A stretch of 53,821 nucleotides of DNA from assembly GCA_032718475.1 (NCBI GenBank), contig JAUCBJ010004101.1, positions 1-53,821 of the forward strand. The letters are read 5' to 3'. The stretch is from Nemertoderma westbladi. Taxonomy: Eukaryota; Animalia; Xenacoelomorpha. Position numbers and translations under genes: made by a program. Positions 50,087-53,821 of the stretch are shown in pieces (position 1 is the stretch's first letter; each line of letters begins with the position of its first letter). The notes under the pieces were generated by a model, which ran no database searches, was not told where the DNA came from, and worked only from the letters and a program-made list of their open reading frames with translations.

Positions 50087-50904
50087 CTGAAAGAATTGTA
50101 TTGAGCATTTTGTAAAATGATTTTACGATGTTTAATAAGGACCGAGTCATTTAATAATTATATTTAATATCCGCGAAGAGTATTATTTAGTAAACGTTTT
50201 CTTGAATTACGTAAATGGTGATTATTTTTTTTTCTTACCTGAAATTCAAAAGTAAAATTTGGAGGGAGCACGGAGGCCAGTACCCAACGCAGCTGATGAG
50301 ATTGCTGAGATAGATGGCTTGAGGTTATTTGAGGTTCTATGTATATATGTATATTGAGTTATAGATTGTTAACTAATACTCTATTCTATGTATGTACTAT
50401 CATTAGTAAATTTTACAACTCTGAAGTATTGTTTTTTTAAAAAAAGAATTATAGACACCTTGCCTGGCTGAGGTAGCAGCACCAAGACCACACATTAACA
50501 ATTTCCATAATAAATATAAATTATTGTGTGCGATTTAATTTAATTTGATAGATATTAAAGAAATTATTATACTTGATACTTGAACAGTTCGAGTTCATAT
50601 TACTGCCACGATCATGTCGCTTCTACTAAGATATGAATTATCAATCATTGATCACTTATCGCGGAGTCGTTTTTCATATTTGGACATATTATTCAGCTAT
50701 TCGTTTTCCGCACCTCATTAATAATTTCCCTTCCCTTCATGCACTGGGATTAACTCTGTTTGCTGTGCTCTAGGTATAAACAAATATCCAAGATAATTGA
50801 GAATTCATCACGCCTATCCCTCACGTCCTCTCATTTAATTCCCTTTACATTCTATTATTATTGGTGGTTCACATTTTCTGGGCTCGCCGTTTATTGGGCA
50901 ATGA

Positions 50905-51420
50905 CCCGGAGCCGGAACCAATCTAAGGGTCGGAACCCATCTCCGGGACCGATACCCATTTCCGTAACCCAAACCCATCACCGGATACCATGAATAACCC
51001 GAACCCATCTCCGGGACCGGAACCCATTTCCATAACCGGAACCCATCTCCGGATACCAGGAATAACCGGAACCCATATCCGGGACCGGAACCCATTTCCA
51101 TAACCGGAACCCATCTCCGGATACCATGATTAACCCGAACCCATCTCCGGGATCGGAACCCATTTCCATAACCGGAACCCATCTCCGGATACCATGAATA
51201 ACCCGAACCCATCTCCGGGACCGGAACCCATTTCCATAACCGGAACCCATCTCCGGATACCATGAATAACCGGAACCCATATCCGGGACCGGAACCCATC
51301 TCCGGATACCAGGAATAACCGGAACCCATATCCGGGACCGGAACCCATTTCCGTAACCGGATCCCATCTCCGGAACCAAACCCACCTCCGAATCCGTAAC
51401 CCACCTCATCACTGAACCCA
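50905..51420. repeat. 68-bp compound minisatellite built from ccggaacccat subunits
   Basis: Anchors 51017, 51085, 51153; subunits of 19/20/10/19 nt. Confidence 0.9.
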
Positions 51421-53505
51421 TCTGTGGTGTCGGATGACCTTACATCCGATGAACGTCGCTGAGTTTCGTTTCAGTCAATCGTGCTGCTTAGGTTGGCGTC
51501 GAACCAGCACCCGTAGACGATATCGCCGTTCTCATTGAGACTGTCGATCTCTAGCTACGTCGTCTCGGCTACCTGTTGAATCGCGTGGTTCACCTCCTGT
51601 ACTGCCTCCATCTACGCCCTGTTTAGAGTTTTTTTTAGAACATAAATAAATATATAAAATTGCTAACAACTTTACTTTTTACATCAGTAAGAATTTTAGG
51701 ATAAACTCTGATATTAACTTAATCTACGCAGTATTAACTATAGCTTTATGTTCTCCTGGGATTTTGGTAGGCAATATCACATAAAGCACTCATATCCCCT
51801 TTCATCACACATCATCTTTGTAAACCCCAGAGGATTATTATTTTTAACTCTCAACCTGACAGATTTATTGCAGTGGCTCTTAAGAAGGGAGGCTATATAA
51901 ACGCAACTGTAGGTTATGCTCGACTTATTCAAATCCTACTCAATAATACATTAACCTTGATCTGTCAAGATATCTGACATGTTAATACTACTTACACTTA
52001 GTATGCTGCGTTAGAACGTGTCCCACGTAACAGTAATGGCACAAGGACAGTGTAAAAGTTATCTTTGTATTATTAGATTTCGTTACCGTTACTGCATTTT
52101 GTTTTTACAAACAATTATATTCTTAAAAGGTTACTTTTTCGCTCGAATATCCCCCAAAATCGGGAGAAAAAGTTCCATTTTTTTCCCTAGGGAAAAAAAA
52201 TAAACCCATAGGATTGCATTCATTTTACTTTTTTCCCGGTTAAAAAAGTAAAATAAAATATTTTTGGTGGAATTTCTTAAATTTTATTACATGTGATCAA
52301 ATAGCAACGACGTAGAAAAGGTTTGGAAGTAATTTGAGCAAAATCCATTCACACACTCAAAAGTTATTGCACCTTTAGTATCTACAAGGCGAACTCAAAA
52401 AAGGAACTGAATATCCAATATTGGTTTATGTAGTTAAGCGGCTCTCTAGTTGCGTAATAAATATTCGAAAACACTAAATTATTTAACTTGACTTTAAAAA
52501 TTATTTGAATCTCAGTAACTATGGAAACAATATAGTAAAATACTACGATTCAATTTATTTTGTAACTCTGTACTGTATACCGGTATCGCTCTTATTATAC
52601 ATATATTTATATATCTATTATATGTTTTATTAAAAAATTGAGCAACAAAAAAGTACCAATTTAAGAATAAAATTACGTATAACATGGGAAAAAACGTAGA
52701 ACAATATTCTCTCGACCATTTATTAACCTCACTGGCGCTCGGTAAATAGAATACCTCGAGAATAATAAAAAAAGTTCTACTTTTTTTCCCATGTAATAAA
52801 TAGTTATTTCAACCAATTTGTTCCCAATTGATCGAGTTGACAGATTGGAGTTTGTAAAAAATACTTATTTATTACTCGGGAAAAAAGTATAACTTTTCAC
52901 AATTCTCAATTTTCTTTCAATTTAAAAAAAAATGTTCTACGCTTTTTAAAATGTTATAAAATGTGAGAAATGCCACAATAAATATTTAACTTAGTTTATA
53001 ACGAGATTTATATATGAAGTTTGTTTTATCAACAATCGATTTATAATGTTACATTTTTGAAATAAAACTTTATAAAAATGTATAAAACTTGTTGCAAAAT
53101 GCTGATTTAATCATAGTGGTTTTACTCGCACTCACTCACTACGTTTGTTCAGGTCAAATATGCTGTAAATTGTATAAAGTGCTACTTTTTACCACTGGTA
53201 GAAGTGAATATACTATAATTAATTGTTTTTGTCTGTTCGTTAATGGAATATACGGATATAATACATGAAGCAAGTAAATCTGTATAACATAATATATTTG
53301 GTGAAGGTTGTAGTTTGGACGGATATAATACTGGTTTGTTGCCAGGGCAACGTGTAAACAAAAAGCGAGAATTAATGATAAAAAGAGATAATAATACCTG
53401 AAGCATATAAACTTTATTATTACCGAGACCGGGGCCGTGGTACTTTTAATAAGTTCTTCTTGGTATATTTACTTATAGAAGTGAAACTTTTTTCTTCTCT
53501 TTCAG

Positions 53506-53637
53506 CTCTCAGCTTCCTGTGCCACAGCGCCCGCAGTGTAGCGCCCAGGGCACCGAGAATAATCCTACTGGGTCCGCCCGGATGTGGAAAGAAAACCCAG
53601 GCGGCTCTACTGGCCCGCAAATATACACTCGTTAACA
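53506..53637 (+). CDS. AK8: Internal exon of an adenylate kinase 8-like gene (start of second AK domain)
   Basis: Polypyrimidine tract + ttcag| acceptor and |gtgagt donor; 132 nt, phase 1-1. LSFLCHSARSVAPRAPRIILLGPPGCGKKTQAALLARKYTLVN has an AK P-loop and resembles AK8 ([32 protein letters not shown], from memory). Confidence 0.8.
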
Positions 53638-53821
53638 GTGAGTATAGGGACTTTATGTTAAATAAATATAATAATGTTTTATGCGAAGTATTGAGCTGCG
53701 AGGTGAACTATTAGGCAACAACTAGCGTAGCTCTGTATCGACCGATACTTATATAATTGTTAAATGTTATTCCACATAAAATACATTTCGTATAAAATAT
53801 TAATTTTCACTAATCGCTTTT

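Noticed and set aside
50225-50260. TTTCAG|GTAAG (minus strand) as an upstream exon donor for the last BAF exon
   Set aside because: No convincing ATG-containing basic exon found upstream of it; unsupported without transcripts.

Overview
AT-rich metazoan genomic DNA (spliceosomal introns, LTR/LINE/SINE/Helitron insertions; probably a marine invertebrate, inferred). About 2.3-50.1 kb is a young tandem array of ~4-kb units on the minus strand, in which two related two-exon genes alternate. The first is a barrier-to-autointegration factor (BAF/BANF1)-like gene with a long Arg/Lys/Ser/Gly-rich, protamine-like N-terminal tail: 3 complete copies, 5 intact BAF exons lacking their own first exon, and 1 truncated copy. 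The second is a BAF-less protamine-like gene (7 copies) that shares the exon-1 end, splice donor and exon-2 start with the first. The ORF track misses both because they are spliced. Together they look like a candidate BAF-derived sperm nuclear basic protein system (inference). Most units also carry a fossil Gypsy integrase fragment and MYB-like repeats. Individual units are interrupted by a near-intact Gypsy LTR element with a -1 frameshift signal, two truncated LINE RT copies, a non-autonomous Helitron with 146-bp CTCF-like repeats, and a duplicated 68-bp satellite block. One plus-strand exon of an adenylate kinase 8-like gene lies at the right end, so the array may sit antisense inside an AK8 intron.
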